Assembly (NCBI GenBank): GCA_009887195.1
Contig: QXXX01000028.1
Span: 1 to 55,772 of the forward strand
Direction of reading: 5' to 3'
Length of the DNA stretch: 55,772 bases
From: Candidatus Poseidoniales archaeon
GTDB taxonomy: Archaea > Thermoplasmatota > Poseidoniia > Poseidoniales > Poseidoniaceae
Positions 53,135 through 55,772 of the stretch are shown piece by piece. Each line of letters starts with the position of its first letter. Position 1 is the stretch's first letter. The position numbers and the translations under genes were made by a program. The notes under the pieces were generated by a model, which saw only the letters and a program-made list of their open reading frames with translations, was not told the origin of the DNA and searched no databases.

Positions 53135-54145
53135 ATGGCAGGCAAAGTTGGAGGTCTTGAAATTCCTTCTTGTGATTCCTGCAACAAGCCAGCATTGTTG
53201 GAGCAAGCCTATTCAGGCCGGGTTTTATGTGGCCAACACCTTGCTAAGTCAATCCGTAAAAAAATCGCCAAAGAGTTACGCAAGCAACTTATTTTGAAGA
53301 AAGGCCAAGAAACCACGATTTTTGTTGCGATTTCTGGAGGTAAAGATTCAGCAGTACTATTGGAGACTTTAGTTGACATCTTGGGAGTTAGACCCGATGT
53401 CAAGATTATTGCTGGCACAGTTGATGAGGGGATAGACGGCTATCGGCCACCGTCACTAAAGTGTGCAGAAGATTTGTGCAAAAGCCTAGGTGTCGAGTTC
53501 ATCACAATCTCATACAAAGATCTAGGATTTGAAGAAATGGATACCGTTGCCAAACTCATACCGGGTATGACCAAGAATAATCCTGGTGCACCGGGAATGC
53601 CTTGCTCTTATTGTGGAGTATTTCGCCGCCAAGGCATCAATCATTTAGCCAAAAAGGTCAATGCTGATGTTATGGCACTGGGACATAACTTAGATGACAT
53701 GGCTCAAACAGTGCTGATGAATATGTCAAATGGTGATTTAGAAAGAACGCTAAGATTAGCACCTCATACCAACACTCCCATTGATGGCCTACCACCTAGA
53801 ATTGTGCCACTAAGATGGATACCTGAACAAGAGGTCCACCTTTATGCAGTACACAAAAATCTACCAATCCATCATGAAGAATGCCCACATGCCAGAGGAG
53901 CTCTTAGATGGCGCCACAGAGAAATGGTCGCCACTATGGAGGCAGATGTTCCAGGCACTAGACATGGACTACTGCGTATGGCAGACAATGTTAAGGAATT
54001 ACGTAATCAAATAATCGAATTAGGCGGCCATCAGTCTCGACCAAGTCCGCCAAAGGAGTGCCCTGTTTGCTCATCAATTACGTCTAATGATCAATGCAAG
54101 GCATGTGAAATGCGTGCAATGGTAAAAGACGAGTTAGCAAACTAA
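53135..54145 (+). CDS. ncsA: tRNA 2-thiouridine synthesis PP-loop ATPase (Ncs6/Ctu1/NcsA/TtuA family)
   Basis: 336 aa. It has an N-terminal zinc finger (CDSCNK...CGQH), the PP-loop ISGGKDS, CSYCGVFRR, GHNLDD and a C-terminal CPVCSS...CKACE. Confidence 0.82.
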   Translation: MAGKVGGLEIPSCDSCNKPALLEQAYSGRVLCGQHLAKSIRKKIAKELRKQLILKKGQETTIFVAISGGKDSAVLLETLVDILGVRPDVKIIAGTVDEGIDGYRPPSLKCAEDLCKSLGVEFITISYKDLGFEEMDTVAKLIPGMTKNNPGAPGMPCSYCGVFRRQGINHLAKKVNADVMALGHNLDDMAQTVLMNMSNGDLERTLRLAPHTNTPIDGLPPRIVPLRWIPEQEVHLYAVHKNLPIHHEECPHARGALRWRHREMVATMEADVPGTRHGLLRMADNVKELRNQIIELGGHQSRPSPPKECPVCSSITSNDQCKACEMRAMVKDELAN

Positions 54146-54148
54146 GTC

Positions 54149-54499
54149 TTATTCTTGACCAACTAGTTTGTAATCATCAGAAAGTGGTGTAGCACCAGTT
54201 TCCATGGAGATTATTTGACCATCTTTGAAGCGCATAAACGACATTACTGCTTCTGAGTCAGAATCGTTAGCAAAGTGAACGATCGCATGTGCAACGCCAA
54301 CTTCATCATTTTCGAACAAAATTCTGTTTGCTTCCGATTTTGGAGTACCGTCTCCGGCAACAAATCCAAGGATATCGGACTTACTCATGGTAAATCCTCC
54401 AACATGCGGATTGAAGACACAATCATCATGGATTAATGCCTTAAGTGCGTCGACATCTGCGTTTTCCCAAGCTTCATTATATGCTGTAATTATAGACAT
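54149..54499 (-). CDS. NTF2-like/SnoaL-like small protein
   Basis: 116 aa. The opening AYNEAWENADVDALKALIHDDCVF is typical of SnoaL/NTF2-fold proteins. Confidence 0.5.
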   Translation of the reverse strand: MSIITAYNEAWENADVDALKALIHDDCVFNPHVGGFTMSKSDILGFVAGDGTPKSEANRILFENDEVGVAHAIVHFANDSDSEAVMSFMRFKDGQIISMETGATPLSDDYKLVGQE

Positions 54500-54589
54500 G
54501 AGTCCCCCAATATCAGATAGTCTTTAAACTAGTCGTATATAGAAAAATGATAAGGTGTCGACTCAACCGATGTTTAGGGATGATTAGTC

Positions 54590-55054
54590 ATGGTGAGTAT
54601 AGCTGAGGTCAAAGATGCACAAAAAGCATGGGGTGAGGGAATTGTGGCGATAGCTACAGCCCATACAAATGGTGGCGATTATACCAGCCTAGCAACTGAT
54701 CACGTCAACACATTATATGCTTACCAAATGGGACCAGTATTGTTCAAACCCACCCTTGCTGCTACCGATCAGTTCAGACCAACGTTTGAAACCGCAATAT
54801 CGTATTTCGTTGCGTCAAATAATGCCTGCCCAGAAGACCAAGGATTCGCCATCCAAGGATGGACCAACGTTCGTTTTGAAAACTCTGATGTAATTATTGA
54901 TGGCAACACAGCCTTAGCAATGGGAAATTATTTTTTCACCAGTCAAGAAGGTTCTGAAGTAAAAGTTGAATACACATTTGGCTACATTAAAGATGATAAT
55001 GGCGGCCTGAGAATCCAATTACACCATTCATCAATGCCAGCAGAGTCTAACTGA
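54590..55054 (+). CDS. NTF2-like fold protein (DUF4440/CaMKII-association-domain-like)
   Basis: 154 aa. The assignment is based on the pattern AQKAWGEGIVAI...ALAMGNYFFT...KVEYTFGY, recognised by eye only. Confidence 0.4.
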   Translation: MVSIAEVKDAQKAWGEGIVAIATAHTNGGDYTSLATDHVNTLYAYQMGPVLFKPTLAATDQFRPTFETAISYFVASNNACPEDQGFAIQGWTNVRFENSDVIIDGNTALAMGNYFFTSQEGSEVKVEYTFGYIKDDNGGLRIQLHHSSMPAESN

Positions 55055-55096
55055 TATCCTGTTTGTGGGGGTTGTTTGTTAACCTTGCTGTATCAT

Positions 55097-55112
55097 GAGA
55101 GGGTACCCTCTC
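55097..55112. terminator. 16-bp perfect palindrome GAGAGGGTACCCTCTC between convergent genes
   Basis: It sits midway in the 131-bp gap between the + gene ending at 55054 and the - gene ending at 55186. No strong flanking T tract is present. Confidence 0.3.
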
Positions 55113-55185
55113 AACACCCGTTTCACGCGTGGGTATTGGAAGAGCTACAGGCAATCATTCCTCTTCATCAAGAACATATGTTGGA

Positions 55186-55659
55186 TTATCTTCCTCTATT
55201 AAATCCTATTCTTCCTTGATCATCTATCGCTTTTTGGACAATCCCCAAAATGGATTCTTTGAGTTCTCTCATTGAAACGTTAATTGCATCTATCATTTCG
55301 TCAAAATCAGGTGGCGAATCTGGATGTGTTCGTACAGTGAATGCCATACCTTTTTTGTTGATTAAAGGATGTTTTAATTTCATAGGAAGATAGAACTTCA
55401 TAATAGGTGCTTGCAAATGTTCAATTGTGAGTGGTTTTTTGTTAGTGATGTTGAATCCTTCCCAACAATGGCTACATTCTTGGTATTCTTCTTCAAGGTC
55501 AATTTCAATCTTGGAATAGCATAATGGGCATTCTCTAGAATTCGACAACCACTCATTCCAGCGTTCGAGATCTATCCATTTTGATTTAATCCAAGGGGGT
55601 AAATCATTATCATCACTCCAAACTTGTTTACCATCTGGGCTTAAGACATGTTCAGCCAT
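55186..55659 (-). CDS. Hypothetical protein with zinc-ribbon-like CPLC...CSHC motif
   Basis: 157 aa containing CPLCYSKIEIDLEEEYQECSHCWEGF. I recognise no family. Confidence 0.45.
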   Translation of the reverse strand: MAEHVLSPDGKQVWSDDNDLPPWIKSKWIDLERWNEWLSNSRECPLCYSKIEIDLEEEYQECSHCWEGFNITNKKPLTIEHLQAPIMKFYLPMKLKHPLINKKGMAFTVRTHPDSPPDFDEMIDAINVSMRELKESILGIVQKAIDDQGRIGFNRGR

Positions 55660-55772
55660 GGTATCACACTTTAGTTCAGTTATTTCAATTCGCTTACTAT
55701 TATCGTATCAATCTACAAACTTATTCGGATAAGTTGCAAGGGGTTATCCGATTACCCTTACAACTTCCAAAA

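Overview
This is a densely coding (over 90%) chromosomal segment of roughly 40-42% GC (estimated by eye). It holds about 50 protein genes. I found no rRNA, tRNA, CRISPR array, transposase or integrase.

The gene content is archaeal: Hjc resolvase, MC1 chromatin protein, CDC48, a DacZ-type diadenylate cyclase, an Ncs6/NcsA tRNA thiolase, an ER/archaeal-type signal peptidase and a presenilin-type GxGD protease. These sit among bacterial-like housekeeping genes (thrS, serS, folC, sdhCAB) and a light/oxidative-stress gene set (crtI, crtB, class II photolyase, ribA, peroxiredoxin). That mix fits an uncultured surface-ocean planktonic euryarchaeon (Poseidoniales/MGII-like), but this is inference only. 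Many genes carry AGGTG/GGAGG Shine-Dalgarno elements 4-8 nt upstream, and several junctions are translationally coupled.

The best candidate for an undescribed system is the minus-strand operon 52823->49077. It encodes a stand-alone Roadblock/LC7 protein, a 1047-aa protein (PATAN/DUF4388-like, embedded Roadblock, second PATAN-like segment, ~290-aa coiled coil, acidic tail) and a small 2-TM protein. No small GTPase partner is present anywhere in the window.

Other notable loci:
- a MoxR-less DUF4350-DUF58-membrane cluster behind CDC48 and a PRC-barrel gene
- a presenilin homologue with a ~373-aa ectodomain inserted between TM3 and TM4
- a translationally coupled macro-domain/DacZ pair
- a carotenoid/photolyase/flavin/ROS island with a TrmB-family regulator
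- a PLC-like lipoprotein with a (Pro-Glu)14 linker

All family assignments are from motif recognition by eye. No searches were run.
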